Positions 36,123-49,830 of a stretch of DNA of 64,000 nt are shown here, in pieces. The stretch's first letter is position 1, and each line of letters starts with the position of its first letter. This stretch comes from Alphaproteobacteria bacterium GM202ARS2 (GTDB lineage: Bacteria; Pseudomonadota; Alphaproteobacteria; GM7ARS4). The stretch lies in the NCBI GenBank assembly GCA_014323835.1, contig JACONH010000001.1, positions 91,009 through 155,008 on the forward strand. Reading direction: 5' to 3'. The notes beneath the pieces were generated by a model. The model searched no databases. It saw only the letters and a program-made list of their open reading frames with translations, and was not told the DNA's origin. Position numbers and translations under genes: made by a program.

Positions 36123-37006
36123 GCTTGTAACTTCAGCTGGTGGATGGTGTCCTTGACGTGCTGTTTTGTTTCTTTGCTGGCAGGCACCAGAGGATTACGT
36201 ACATCTTCTTGACAGAGTCCAAGCAGGGATGCGGCGTATTTGACGGGCACGGGGTTGGGCTCGGTAAACAAAACGCTGTGGAGCGGGTAAAGACGCTGAT
36301 TGAGCGTGTCGGCTTTTTTCCAATCGCCCGCCCACCAGGCTTCGTGCAAGTCGGCACAGAGTCTTGGTGCGACATTGGATGATACGGAGATACAGCCGAC
36401 TCCGCCCATGCTCAAAAAAGGCACGACTGTTGCGTCTTCGCCGCTGAGCTGACAGAAGTCTCGCCCTGCCTCCTGTGCGGCTAAGCGCATCGCCAACGGG
36501 CGAGCTAAGTCCTGACTGGCATCCTTGATGCCGGCTATGGTGTCGCAAGCAAACAAACGCACTAGGGTCTCGTCATGAATATCGACGATGCTACGTCCCG
36601 GGATGTTATAGACGAAAAGAGGCAGAGTCGTTGCTGCGGCGACTGCCTTGAAGTGCTGATACAAGCCCTCCTGATTGGGCTTGTTATAGTAGGGGGCAAC
36701 GACCAGAATGCCGTTTGCTCCTGCGGCTTGAGCATGGCGCGCCAGTTCGATGGCTTCTTTCGTGCTGTTCGAGCCGCAGCCCGCCATAACCGGCACACGT
36801 CCTTGTGCTTCCTCGATGCACAAGGCAACCACTCGATTGTGCTCGTCATGAGATAACGTGGGCGACTCGCCAGTCGTCCCACAAGGCACAAAACCATGCG
36901 TGCCCTGCTCAATCTGCCAACGCACAAGACGACAGAATGAATCCTCGTCGACATCAGCACCAGAAAAAGGTGTTATCAGAGCCGTTATAGAACCGCGAAA
37001 AAGCAT
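36119..37006 (-). CDS. dapA: 4-hydroxy-tetrahydrodipicolinate synthase
   Basis: 295 aa; ITALITPF...GTTGESPTLSHDEH is the DapA family pattern. Confidence 0.9.
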   Translation of the reverse strand: MLFRGSITALITPFSGADVDEDSFCRLVRWQIEQGTHGFVPCGTTGESPTLSHDEHNRVVALCIEEAQGRVPVMAGCGSNSTKEAIELARHAQAAGANGILVVAPYYNKPNQEGLYQHFKAVAAATTLPLFVYNIPGRSIVDIHDETLVRLFACDTIAGIKDASQDLARPLAMRLAAQEAGRDFCQLSGEDATVVPFLSMGGVGCISVSSNVAPRLCADLHEAWWAGDWKKADTLNQRLYPLHSVLFTEPNPVPVKYAASLLGLCQEDVRNPLVPASKETKQHVKDTIHQLKLQA

Positions 37007-37121
37007 AAATAAATCTCCTCGTCATAGACGCCCAACCATAACAAAAAAATGCAAAAAATAAAAAAAAATGATACCCTGTTACCTTCAACATATAGACATA
37101 CATCAGGATGGTGGGAGCCTC

Positions 37122-39338
37122 ATGATGCGGATAGGGCCAATACAATCAACAGTTCTTTTATGCCTGCTTGTGCCGTTGCTTGCGGGCTTCAATAACCCTC
37201 TGGGAAGTGGCTTGCGTCCGCTTACGTCCACTGCTGTGACACCCACTTCTGAGGATGACAGCGTTGAGGAGAAGCCTTCTGCTGCGCAACAAGTGGATAA
37301 AGGTATCCCAGCCCGGCGCAAGTTTCGCTATAAGCGTCGCAAATTGCGTGTGCCTCGCTATCGTCCGCGTCCGCAGATTATGGCATCTCCGCTCAAAGCC
37401 CACGTTACCAAGCCAAAGACAATCAGCGGTATACACTATGACGATGTGGTTGCGCTGATGCACGCCGTCAAAAAAGAAGAATACAACGATGCCTATCGCT
37501 TGGCAAAAAAGATTAATGACCCCGTGCTGACCAGCTATGTTTTGTGGAATGGCTATCGCCTCTATTGGCTGAAGCATCCGCTAGACAAGCTGGAAGCGTT
37601 CATCGATGAGCATCGGCACTGGCCTGATATTGATAGGGTCATGATAGCCGCGGAACATGCCCTTGACTTGAAAGAGCATGAAGCCCACGAGGTATTGGCT
37701 TGGTTTTCTCGCTATCCGCCCATAAGTAATCTGGGTCATTTGAAGCGTCTCAATGCTTTGGGAAAAATGGATAAAAAGCAAGCCGAGCTATCTTACGCTC
37801 GCAAAATCTGGCGCGAGTATGACTTGATGCCGCAACACAAGGACTATTTTTTGCGCACGTATGCCCATGCTCTTTCTGATGAGGACTACCTCGTTCGACT
37901 ACAACGGCTGTTAGCCGAGGGGAATGCCCGAGATGTCAAAAACAAGATTAGTCAGATGCGCCCGCGCCTCCGCACCCAGCTCTATCGTCAGTGGCGCGCG
38001 GAACTGCCCCCGTTTGTTATCGGTCGGCTGATTGAGAACATGCCCTCCAGAGTTGTGGCAAAACACCCGCTGAGTGAGGCCCTCTTTGCCTTCCAAAAGA
38101 CCCGTGACTTCGAAGAAAGCTTCGATGCACTACAAGCCCTGCCCCACGCCGCCAACGACCACAAAGCTTGGTGGCAGGCTTATGAGGACTATATTCGTTT
38201 TCTCCTCTATGACGGCTACGTCGAGGAGGCTTATACCCTCGCCAAACAACACCGACAGGTCTGGAAAAAAGGCTTCTCCGAAGGAGAATGGCTCAGCGGA
38301 TGGATTGCTCTAAGCTTTCTCAATGACAGCTTATCGGCTTATCGTCACTTTGCCCACTTGTTTGATGAAGTCCACTCGAGTCTAGAGAAATCTCGAGCCG
38401 CCTATTGGACGTGGCGGTCTGCCCACGTCATGGGCGAGCGAGAGATTGCCCGTGAGTGGCTCAAAAAAGGGGCGCGTTATCCAACGACTCTCTACGGGCA
38501 GCTCTGTCGCGCCCAACTCAGCTGGAGCTACAAAGATATTTTTGTCGCGACCCCTCAGATCTCGCCGTTTGACCACCAGTCTTTCGATGCGGATCTAAAC
38601 GCCTTAAACCATGATGGGCTCCTTACGTTGCTCGGTTTTTTTGCGACCACCGATACTGTCGAGCAAGGGATGCCTTTTTTCCGCCATATGCTCTTTAAGC
38701 GTTCGACCAACGACCGCCAACGTGCCTACATCATTAACATGCTGATGCAGTTCGGTCATAGCGAGTATGCCGTCTATCTCAGCCGCAAGCTGGTCGAGCA
38801 AGGATACCCCGAACCACAAGGCGCGTACCCCATGATTAGCGATGACCACCTGCCCGCCTTAGGCATCGAAAAAGCCCTCGTGCTCAGCGTCATTCGACAA
38901 GAAAGCAACTTCATGGCCGTCGAAGCCGTCAGCCACGCCGGCGCCCTCGGATGGATGCAAGTCATGCCCGCAACCGCCGAATCCGTCACAAAAGACCTCA
39001 ATATTCCCTATTCGCAAACCCGCTTGCTCCACGACTACACCTATAACGTCACAATCGGCAGCTCGTATTTGCGCAGTCTCGCAGCACAATATGACAACTC
39101 TTATCCAATGATTCTTGCTGCCTATAATGCTGGCCCCAGTCGAGTGCGGGTATGGACACGCAAGTTCGGCGACCCCCGCCGCAACAATGTCAACAAAATC
39201 GACTGGATAGAAGCCATCCCCTTCTATGAAACCAGACACTATGTTCTCAAAGTGCTGTCGAACTTACAAGTGTATCGCCGTTTGCTGGCAGATTCGGACA
39301 AAAGCCCCCACCGCTTCAACACGTTTGGGGCCCCCTAA
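37122..39338 (+). CDS. slt: Soluble lytic murein transglycosylase (Slt70 family)
   Basis: The C-terminal SLT domain has the catalytic ES motif (VIRQESNFMAVEAVSHAGALGWMQVMPATA...AAYNAGPSRV) and a superhelical N-terminal region. Putative RBS GGTGGGAG precedes the ATG at 37122. Confidence 0.85.
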   Translation: MMRIGPIQSTVLLCLLVPLLAGFNNPLGSGLRPLTSTAVTPTSEDDSVEEKPSAAQQVDKGIPARRKFRYKRRKLRVPRYRPRPQIMASPLKAHVTKPKTISGIHYDDVVALMHAVKKEEYNDAYRLAKKINDPVLTSYVLWNGYRLYWLKHPLDKLEAFIDEHRHWPDIDRVMIAAEHALDLKEHEAHEVLAWFSRYPPISNLGHLKRLNALGKMDKKQAELSYARKIWREYDLMPQHKDYFLRTYAHALSDEDYLVRLQRLLAEGNARDVKNKISQMRPRLRTQLYRQWRAELPPFVIGRLIENMPSRVVAKHPLSEALFAFQKTRDFEESFDALQALPHAANDHKAWWQAYEDYIRFLLYDGYVEEAYTLAKQHRQVWKKGFSEGEWLSGWIALSFLNDSLSAYRHFAHLFDEVHSSLEKSRAAYWTWRSAHVMGEREIAREWLKKGARYPTTLYGQLCRAQLSWSYKDIFVATPQISPFDHQSFDADLNALNHDGLLTLLGFFATTDTVEQGMPFFRHMLFKRSTNDRQRAYIINMLMQFGHSEYAVYLSRKLVEQGYPEPQGAYPMISDDHLPALGIEKALVLSVIRQESNFMAVEAVSHAGALGWMQVMPATAESVTKDLNIPYSQTRLLHDYTYNVTIGSSYLRSLAAQYDNSYPMILAAYNAGPSRVRVWTRKFGDPRRNNVNKIDWIEAIPFYETRHYVLKVLSNLQVYRRLLADSDKSPHRFNTFGAP

Positions 39339-39387
39339 ACCCACCCTAGCCCCCTAAACCCACCCTAGCCCCCTAAACCCACCCTAG
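39331..39387. repeat. 3 x 19-bp perfect tandem repeat CCCCCTAAACCCACCCTAG. The first copy contains the slt stop codon
   Basis: Direct reading of the sequence. Sits between the convergent slt and TPR-SPOR genes. The minus strand is G-tract rich. Confidence 0.9.
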
Positions 39388-39401
39388 GCCCCCTCATCTT
39401 C

Positions 39402-40835
39402 TTAGGTTTTTTTGATGCGTATTTCGCCAAGAACACCGAGCAAACGATAGACGTCTTCAACAGTTTTGATGGCATCGCTGGTCTTTTGATACGACCCCAC
39501 CCGCAAGACGTGAAAGATACGCCCTCTTTTGTTTTTTTCTTGACTGACTCGTGGGGCATAACCTTCACGTCGGAGACGCTCTGCAGTTGAGTTTGCTCTG
39601 CTTCGAGAGCTATATGTCGCCACCTGCACGGTGTACCGCTGTTTTTCTGCTATCGGCTGTTGCTTGGGCGTGCGCTCTAGCACCCCTTTTGCCACGTTCT
39701 TTGCCTCAGTTGTGCTCTTTTGTTGTGGTTTTTTTTGCGAGGGCAAAGGGGCTGATAAGGGTGCTGAGGAAGGCACACGCTCCTGTTCGGCAAGACGGTC
39801 TAAAGCCGCAATGATGGTCGGCTCAGTGAAAATATCCTGCTGCGGCCTCTTAGTGGGCGGGGTGGGCGGGGCAGACGCATCCGTTGGTGCCGATGCCGAC
39901 ATCTCTGTCGATGGTGGCGGGCGGTTTTGTGCCATAGCCGAGGACGTGGGTTGCCGATGCTCTTGTGGCGGCAGTGCGGTATCTTTAGCACTATCCGCTG
40001 TTCGAGCGGGCGTCCTCGTCATAACCATTTGTGCCATTTGTTTGGCGCGCAATTGACGGAAAAACTCAAGGTTACGCTGGCTGGCTTGGGGGTCAAGGTC
40101 AATACGGCTGATTTGCTCGGCAGCCTTCATATCGCCAAGAAAAGCATAGGCGAAGGCTAAATTTTGTCGGACTTTCGGTGTCGCTTTCTGGTCAAAGCTC
40201 AAGGGCTGCAAGGCATGAACCGCCTCAGCAAAGCGTCCATTCAAAATAAGCGACACACCAAGATTATTGGATAAAGACACGTCCCCCGGGGCATAAGACA
40301 GCCCCTTTCTATAGGTCTTTTGGGCTTCATCGTGGAAGCCTTTGCTATCGTAGGCGACTCCGAGTCCGTTGTAGCCCTCGGGGTTTTCGGGCCACATCTG
40401 CACAATAAGCAAATAGTTTTCTATGGCTTCTTCGATTCGCCCCAAAGCAAGATAGGTTTTCGCCAAACCAAAAAGAGCACGCCCGTTGTCGTAAGGCTGT
40501 TGAGAAAGAGAATGCTCGAAAACGGTAACGGCATCCTGAGGACGCTCGAGAGCCATAAGAGTCTCGCCATAGCCATTCAGTGCCGCCATGCCGTAAAGCT
40601 CGTCATCCTCGCTACTAGCATGATCGATAATTTTCTTATACAAGATAAGAGCATTGTCATAGTCCCGCTTGCCGCTGAGGTTATCGGCAGTCGCCAAGAG
40701 ACGTTGCATGAACGACCCGCCATGCTCATCGATCGCACCGTTGAGCGATGCAGAACATGCGGCAAGAACAGGACATGCCAGCACAAGACAGGCTCTTAGA
40801 ACCCGCAGGTATGTTTTGCTTTTATGCTTTGTCAT
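39402..40835 (-). CDS. TPR-repeat lipoprotein with C-terminal SPOR (peptidoglycan-binding) domain
   Basis: Lipobox LVLACPVLAAC, TPR-like repeats, a Pro-rich linker, and a C-terminal SPOR-like segment (YTVQVATYSSRSRA...RIFHVLRVGSY). Confidence 0.7.
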   Translation of the reverse strand: MTKHKSKTYLRVLRACLVLACPVLAACSASLNGAIDEHGGSFMQRLLATADNLSGKRDYDNALILYKKIIDHASSEDDELYGMAALNGYGETLMALERPQDAVTVFEHSLSQQPYDNGRALFGLAKTYLALGRIEEAIENYLLIVQMWPENPEGYNGLGVAYDSKGFHDEAQKTYRKGLSYAPGDVSLSNNLGVSLILNGRFAEAVHALQPLSFDQKATPKVRQNLAFAYAFLGDMKAAEQISRIDLDPQASQRNLEFFRQLRAKQMAQMVMTRTPARTADSAKDTALPPQEHRQPTSSAMAQNRPPPSTEMSASAPTDASAPPTPPTKRPQQDIFTEPTIIAALDRLAEQERVPSSAPLSAPLPSQKKPQQKSTTEAKNVAKGVLERTPKQQPIAEKQRYTVQVATYSSRSRANSTAERLRREGYAPRVSQEKNKRGRIFHVLRVGSYQKTSDAIKTVEDVYRLLGVLGEIRIKKT

Positions 40836-40963
40836 CGATTATCTCACGTATACCCTCATGTGTGACTCTCGTGTAGCCCTTCCCCGTCGCCCTCACGTCA
40901 TCCTATCAGCCATTATACACCAATTGTATCATTAAACAAACTATAAATTACGATGAGGATAGC

Positions 40964-42304
40964 ATGGCAGAGAATGAACAGATAGATTCGGCATTATTTT
41001 CTCGTTTGATGGGCTCTTTTGCCCCTTTTGAGTCCCGTGCGACAATAGCCGTGGGCGTCTCTGGGGGTATCGATAGTATGGTCTTGATGTTTCTTATGGA
41101 CGAGTGGTGTCGTGCCTGTGACTTTCGTGCTGTGGGTCTTATCGTGGATCATGGTTTGCGTGCCGAGTCGGCACAAGAAGCGCGCTTTGTAGCCAAGGTG
41201 TTACGGGACAGAGGAATTGACGCACATATTTTATCGTGTCCGCCTACGCCAGCAGTAACATCGAACAAACAAGCATGGGCGAGGCACCATCGTTATACGC
41301 TTCTTGACCAGTGGTGCTTAGCCAATGACGTTGCGCATTTAGCGGTGGCACACCATCAAGATGACCAGTTTGAGACATTTTTTTTGCGTCTGGCTCGTGG
41401 TAGCGGCGTTTATGGTCTTTCGGCTATGGCGGCGGAGCGTTTTTTACCCTCGGTACGTTTGTTGCGCCCTCTTTTGTCCATAGAACGGGCGCGCCTTGTC
41501 GCCACAGCTCAGCGTTTGTCTTTAACAGATAGGCTCGTGTGCGACCCATCCAATACCGATGGGCACTATGCCAGAACACGCATACGTCAGCATATCGATG
41601 GTTTGGCACAAGAAGGATTGAGTCCTAAGCGTCTGTCTCGTACCATTTCTGCCTTAGCCCGCGCCCGAGCGACTCTCGAGAAACAGCTGTGCCAATGGAC
41701 AGAGCAATTCGTGCGAGTCTATCCCTCAGGCTACAGTCGCCTCCTGCAAGGGGCTCTCAATAGCGATGACGAGGTACGCCTGCAAGGTCTCGGGCGCGTG
41801 TTACGCATGATAAGTGGCACCCTCTTTATGCCGCGCCTAACACGTCTGCAACGTTTGGACAATACCCTACGAACAAGCCCTACCCTGACAACGCTGACGT
41901 TGCATGGCTGCCTCGTGCGGGGCGATAGCCGTCAAGGATGGCTAGTCATGCGTGAACCCGCACACGCCTACGATTATGCCACCCAACAAACAACCCATAA
42001 CAAAAAGGTGTTGCTGTGGGACGGACGCTTTAAGGTTGTAACGCCACAAGGCGACTCGCCACAGGGCGGACTGGTGTGCCGCGCCCTACAAGAAGAAGGA
42101 CGCTTAATTATACGGAAGAATAAAGCATCAGCTCGCCACCTGAACCCAAACGTGCCCGCTCAGGTCTATCGGTCACACCCTTCGTTGTGGCAGCAAGACC
42201 AGCTAAAAGTGGCTTTTAATGCGGAAGGACAAGGCTTTTATGTCGATGACGGCAAGCCTTGTCAGGCATCCATGACATTCTGCCCTATCTGTTCTATGAC
42301 GTGA
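40964..42304 (+). CDS. tilS: tRNA(Ile)-lysidine synthetase
   Basis: PP-loop VGVSGGIDSMVL; 446 aa. Confidence 0.85.
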   Translation: MAENEQIDSALFSRLMGSFAPFESRATIAVGVSGGIDSMVLMFLMDEWCRACDFRAVGLIVDHGLRAESAQEARFVAKVLRDRGIDAHILSCPPTPAVTSNKQAWARHHRYTLLDQWCLANDVAHLAVAHHQDDQFETFFLRLARGSGVYGLSAMAAERFLPSVRLLRPLLSIERARLVATAQRLSLTDRLVCDPSNTDGHYARTRIRQHIDGLAQEGLSPKRLSRTISALARARATLEKQLCQWTEQFVRVYPSGYSRLLQGALNSDDEVRLQGLGRVLRMISGTLFMPRLTRLQRLDNTLRTSPTLTTLTLHGCLVRGDSRQGWLVMREPAHAYDYATQQTTHNKKVLLWDGRFKVVTPQGDSPQGGLVCRALQEEGRLIIRKNKASARHLNPNVPAQVYRSHPSLWQQDQLKVAFNAEGQGFYVDDGKPCQASMTFCPICSMT

Positions 42305-42346
42305 CCCCTTGCATCGACATAAAAGAACAATTAGTTACAATAGAGA

Positions 42347-44368
42347 GTGTACGGGAAGAACGTTCTGCCGACACAAAAGATGGAGAAAAAAGAGGTTGTC
42401 CTCATGGATAAATTTGTCAGACCTTTCTTGCTGTGGAGCGGCATTTTGCTCGTTATCATCATGGTTTATGGTGCTTTTGGGCCCAATAAAGAGTCGTCGG
42501 TGCAAGAGCTTGCCTATTCTGATTTTTTACACAATGTCGATAATGGCAAGGTGCGTAGCGTTACGATTAAAGGGCAATCGTTGCATGGCGTCTTAAGCGA
42601 TGGTCAGAGTTTTCGGACGGTTCTGCCCTATCATGTAACTCTGTCTGACCGTCTCAGCGAGAGCAACGTGATTGTTCGAGCCAAAGCCGAAAACGAGGAG
42701 GACAAAGGGTTCTTTGGGACGTTCATTTATTGGATACCGATGTTGGTGCTTTTGGGGTTATGGCTGTTTTTCATGCAGAACATGCAGATGGGCGGTGGCG
42801 GACGAGTCATGAATTTTGGTAAATCTCGAGCCCGCCTCCTTGCCGACAAAAGAGAAAAGGTCACGTTCAAAGATGTTGCTGGCGTCGAAGAAGCAAAAGA
42901 AGAGCTGCGCGAGATTGTTGAGTTTTTGCGTTCGCCCTCCAAGTTTCAGCGTTTGGGCGCGAAGATACCCCGTGGGGCGTTGCTGGTTGGGCCGCCGGGC
43001 ACGGGAAAGACGTTGCTTGCTCGGTCGGTTGCCGGCGAAGCCAATGTTCCTTTCTTTACTATTTCTGGCTCTGATTTTGTCGAGATGTTCGTTGGTGTCG
43101 GCGCAAGCCGCGTGCGGGATATGTTCTATCAAGGCAAAAAGAATGCGCCGTGTATCATCTTTATCGATGAAATCGATGCGGTGGGACGCCACCGCGGTGC
43201 CGGTTTAGGTGGCGGCAACGACGAGCGCGAGCAAACCTTGAACCAACTGCTCGTAGAAATGGACGGCTTCGATGTCAACGAGGGCATTATCCTTATTGCT
43301 GCCACCAACCGCCCTGACGTTCTCGATCCTGCTTTGTTGCGTCCTGGACGTTTTGACCGTCAAATTGTCGTAACCAACCCCGATATTGAGGGCCGTGCCC
43401 AGATTCTCGAGGTGCATACCCGCAAGACCAAGCTTGCCCCTGATGTCAAACTAAAAGTCTTGGCGCGGGCAACGCCAGGCTTTTCTGGTGCCGATTTGAG
43501 CAACCTCGTCAATGAAGCAGCTCTGCTCGCCGCGCGCCGCAACCGAGTCATGGTGACGATGGCAGATTTCGAAAGTGCCAAAGACAAAGTCATGATGGGA
43601 GCAGAGCGACGCTCTATGGTTATGACCGAAAAAGAACGCGAACTGACCGCCTATCACGAAGCCGGCCACGCTCTCGTCGGTATCCATGTCGCCGGCAACG
43701 ACCCCCTCCATAAGGTAACCATTATCCCCCGTGGACGTGCCTTAGGCGTTACCATGAATGTGCCAGAAAAAGACCGCTACAGTATGCGCAAAACTGAAGT
43801 CGAAGGACGCATCGCCATGATCTTCGGCGGCAGAGTCGCCGAAGAAATCACGTTCGGTAAAGACAATGTCACCTCAGGGGCTGCCAACGACATTATTCAG
43901 GCGACCCGCATGGCACGCGCGATGGTAACCGAATGGGGCATGAGCGACAAACTTGGCCCATTGCGTTACAGCGAAAATGAAGACGAAATTTTTCTTGGCC
44001 ACTCGGTCACCCAGCGTAAGAACGTCTCGGATGCGACCGCTCGCCTGATTGACGAGGAAATTCACCGCATCATCCGCGAAGGCGAAGAGAAAGCCCGCAA
44101 AACCCTCGTGAGCCACAAAAAACAGCTGACTCTGCTGGCAAAAACCTTGCTGGAATACGAGACCCTCAGCGGCGATGACGTCATGACTCTGTTGCAAAAA
44201 GGCTCGCTACCAAAATTGAGGAGCACCGATGACGACAGCGGGAGCCAGCCGACGCCATCGATGCCGGTGACACATCCGCCAGCGACCCCCTCGCCCGATT
44301 CTCAATCGGTTAAGCCTGCTCGTGGGTCTCGTGGTGGCTCGGCTAAAACCAAGCCTGTGACGTCTTAA
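42347..44368 (+). CDS. ftsH: ATP-dependent zinc metalloprotease FtsH (start codon uncertain)
   Basis: Walker [12 protein letters not shown] motif, HEAGHA zinc site. Confidence 0.95.
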   Translation: MYGKNVLPTQKMEKKEVVLMDKFVRPFLLWSGILLVIIMVYGAFGPNKESSVQELAYSDFLHNVDNGKVRSVTIKGQSLHGVLSDGQSFRTVLPYHVTLSDRLSESNVIVRAKAENEEDKGFFGTFIYWIPMLVLLGLWLFFMQNMQMGGGGRVMNFGKSRARLLADKREKVTFKDVAGVEEAKEELREIVEFLRSPSKFQRLGAKIPRGALLVGPPGTGKTLLARSVAGEANVPFFTISGSDFVEMFVGVGASRVRDMFYQGKKNAPCIIFIDEIDAVGRHRGAGLGGGNDEREQTLNQLLVEMDGFDVNEGIILIAATNRPDVLDPALLRPGRFDRQIVVTNPDIEGRAQILEVHTRKTKLAPDVKLKVLARATPGFSGADLSNLVNEAALLAARRNRVMVTMADFESAKDKVMMGAERRSMVMTEKERELTAYHEAGHALVGIHVAGNDPLHKVTIIPRGRALGVTMNVPEKDRYSMRKTEVEGRIAMIFGGRVAEEITFGKDNVTSGAANDIIQATRMARAMVTEWGMSDKLGPLRYSENEDEIFLGHSVTQRKNVSDATARLIDEEIHRIIREGEEKARKTLVSHKKQLTLLAKTLLEYETLSGDDVMTLLQKGSLPKLRSTDDDSGSQPTPSMPVTHPPATPSPDSQSVKPARGSRGGSAKTKPVTS

Positions 44369-44575
44369 AGAGCTTTTTTTCTTTTGTCTCAGGCTCTTTA
44401 TCTTCAGCCTCGCTCTTTATGCTATGGTCTTGTTGCTGACAAAGCTGTTGCGCGCAAAGAGGCGTTACCGCTCGCCCCGCCTAGTCTGTGTGCCTTCAGT
44501 CATTGTGCCCTTATCGTTGCTACAGAGTCGGAACGTCTGGGTGCGCGCGGACGCACCCTCTTAGATGAAGCCCCC

Positions 44576-45496
44576 ATGCTGCCGTGGCAGGAGGTCGCAG
44601 CTTATCTCGGCAAACACCACGGCAAAAGCATGCAACGAGAAGGCGAGCAACAACTCCACGCCCTCGTGCATCCACGTGCCTTATCAGGTTTTTCCGCTTC
44701 GGCTCCCCCTTTCATCATGGGTATCGTCAATGTGACTCCCGACAGTTTTTCCGATGGCGGTCTTTATATGGATGCTGAGCGTGCTGTCGCCCATGCTCTC
44801 CAGTTGCAGCGTGAGGGCGCACATATCATCGATATTGGCGGCGAGTCCACTCGCCCCGGCGCACAGAATGTCCCCAGCGATGACGAACAACAACGCGTGC
44901 TCCCGGTCATTCAAGGGTGTAGCAAACAAGGTGCCGTCATATCCATCGATAGCCGTCATGCAGCAACACAAAAAGCAGCTCTGGCGGCAGGGGCAACCAT
45001 GATGAACGACGTGAGTGCCTTGTCTTACGACAAACAAGCTCTGGAAGTAGCACGCCAACACGAACACGCCCACATTGTTTTGATGCACATGCAGGGAACA
45101 CCCCAAACTATGCAAGATAACCCGTATTATGACTGCGTCGTCTTGGACGTCTATGACTATCTGAAACAGCGCATCGAAGCATGCGTGCGGGCTGGCATCG
45201 ACAAAAAACGGCTATGGATTGATGTCGGCATCGGCTTCGGCAAAACGCTGGCTCATAATCAAGCGTTATTACGTCATGTGGCGTTATTTCATACTTTGGG
45301 CGTGCCGATGATTCTCGGTGCTTCCCGTAAAAGACTCATTAGCGGCTTGGATCAGGATTGCCCCCCCGAAAAAAGAGACGCAGGCTCTATCGCAGCATGC
45401 CTACACGCCGTTAATCATGCCTGCCAGATGGTGCGAGTCCACGATGTCGATAAAACAAGACAAGCCCTTGCCGTCTGGCGCGGCATGCTCACTTAA
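44576..45496 (+). CDS. folP: Dihydropteroate synthase (start uncertain; the ORF is open from 44384)
   Basis: IMGIVNVTPDSFSDGG pterin-binding signature. The ftsH-folP-glmM order is widely conserved. Confidence 0.85.
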   Translation: MLPWQEVAAYLGKHHGKSMQREGEQQLHALVHPRALSGFSASAPPFIMGIVNVTPDSFSDGGLYMDAERAVAHALQLQREGAHIIDIGGESTRPGAQNVPSDDEQQRVLPVIQGCSKQGAVISIDSRHAATQKAALAAGATMMNDVSALSYDKQALEVARQHEHAHIVLMHMQGTPQTMQDNPYYDCVVLDVYDYLKQRIEACVRAGIDKKRLWIDVGIGFGKTLAHNQALLRHVALFHTLGVPMILGASRKRLISGLDQDCPPEKRDAGSIAACLHAVNHACQMVRVHDVDKTRQALAVWRGMLT

Positions 45497-45590
45497 CCCC
45501 TAAAATGTCATGATGACACCCTTTGTGACTTGCAGGATAAAAAGAAACGTCTACACTAACCCCACGTAATTTTATCCTATTTGGTTAACG

Positions 45591-46933
45591 ATGACTAAAC
45601 CTTTATTCGGCACGGACGGCATTCGAGGCGTTGCCAATAGTTCCCCCATCGACCCCTGCACGGTGCTCCATATTGCCATGGCAGCAGGTCACTGCTTCAT
45701 GAGCGGTAAGCACCGCCACCGAGTCATTATTGGCAAAGATACGCGTTTGTCGGGCTATATGCTCGAGCCATCTCTGGTGGCGGGCTTTACCGCAATGGGT
45801 ATGGAAGTCATCCTGGTTGGGCCCATGCCAACGCCGGCTATCAGCATGTTGACGCAAAGCATGCGAGGCGACCTCGGCGTCATGATTTCGGCATCCCATA
45901 ATCCCTATCACGACAATGGAATCAAATTTTTTGATTCGCAGGGCCATAAATTAAGCGATGCCCTACAAAAACGCATCGCCCAGTTGGTCGCCAACCAAGA
46001 CATGATGAGCATGCTTGCTCCGCCCGACCAACTGGGGCAAGCCAAGCGTCTCGAAGACGCCCGTGGACGCTACATCGAGTACGTCAAGTCCACCTTCGAT
46101 TCTGGCTTGAATTTGAGTCAACTCAAAATTGTCGTTGATTGTGCCAACGGTGCGACCTACAAGACCGCTCCGACTATTCTTTGGGAGCTGGGTGCCGATG
46201 TTGTGCCTATCCATCATGCCCCCAACGGCTACAACATTAACCGAGACTGTGGCGCGACCGCCCCCGAGTCCCTTGCCCGCGCCGTCGTCGAGCACAAAGC
46301 CGACCTCGGCATCGCCCTCGACGGCGACGGCGATAGAGTCATTATGACCGACGAAAACGGCACAATCTTCGATGGCGATTACATCCTTGCCCTCATCGCA
46401 CAAGATCTCTATCACAACAAAGCAAAACAAAAAAATGCCAAAAAGCCTTGTGTTGTCGGCACCATCGTCAGCAACGGCGGCTTGCAACGCTATCTCGATA
46501 GCATCGGCGTGCACCTCCAACGAGCCCCCGTAGGCGACCGACACGTCTTCCAAAACATGCAGCGTCACCACGCCGATATCGGCGGAGAAGCCTCCGGGCA
46601 CATTCTCTTTAAGAACTACGGGAGCACCGGCGACGGCATCGTCACCGCATTACAAGTCTGTGCCTCAATCATCCGCAAAAACAAGCCTGCCAGTGCGTGT
46701 TTTGCTCTTTTTGATAAGATTCCCCAAATGAATAAAAATATTCCCCTCAATGGCACGCCCCTCGCCAGCATAGAAAAAGACATCGACCACCTGAGAACAA
46801 CCCTAGGGGACTACGGCTTGCTGGTGGTGCGTCCCTCTGGCACCGAACCCTTTGTGCGCATCACCGCCAGTAGCTTCGATACCCAAGCCATGCAAAATGC
46901 CGTCGATCACATCGCCCAAAGACTCAGCGCACC

Positions 46934-46937
<4 letters not shown>
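45591..46937 (+). CDS. glmM: Phosphoglucosamine mutase
   Basis: MTKPLFGTDGIRGVAN; the active-site serine loop SASHNP is present. Confidence 0.93.
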
Positions 46938-49689
<2,752 letters not shown>

Positions 49690-49752
49690 TTATCTGTTGA
49701 CGGCGACCCCTTTTGTAACTTAAAGTAGGAAAAAAGGAGGCCCTATTCGTAT

Positions 49753-49792
49753 CGAGCCAGCGTCACCCCTAAAAAATGGCGGCGCTGGCTCG
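49753..49792. other. 10-bp perfect inverted repeat (CGAGCCAGCG ... CGCTGGCTCG) with a 20-nt loop, in the intergenic region between the His-rich protein gene and thiC
   Basis: Read directly from the sequence. There is no clear U-tract on either strand, so a terminator function is uncertain. Confidence 0.4.
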
Positions 49793-49830
49793 ATGTATGT
49801 TCACTGTTTGGCACTGTTTATGGTCGCTAC

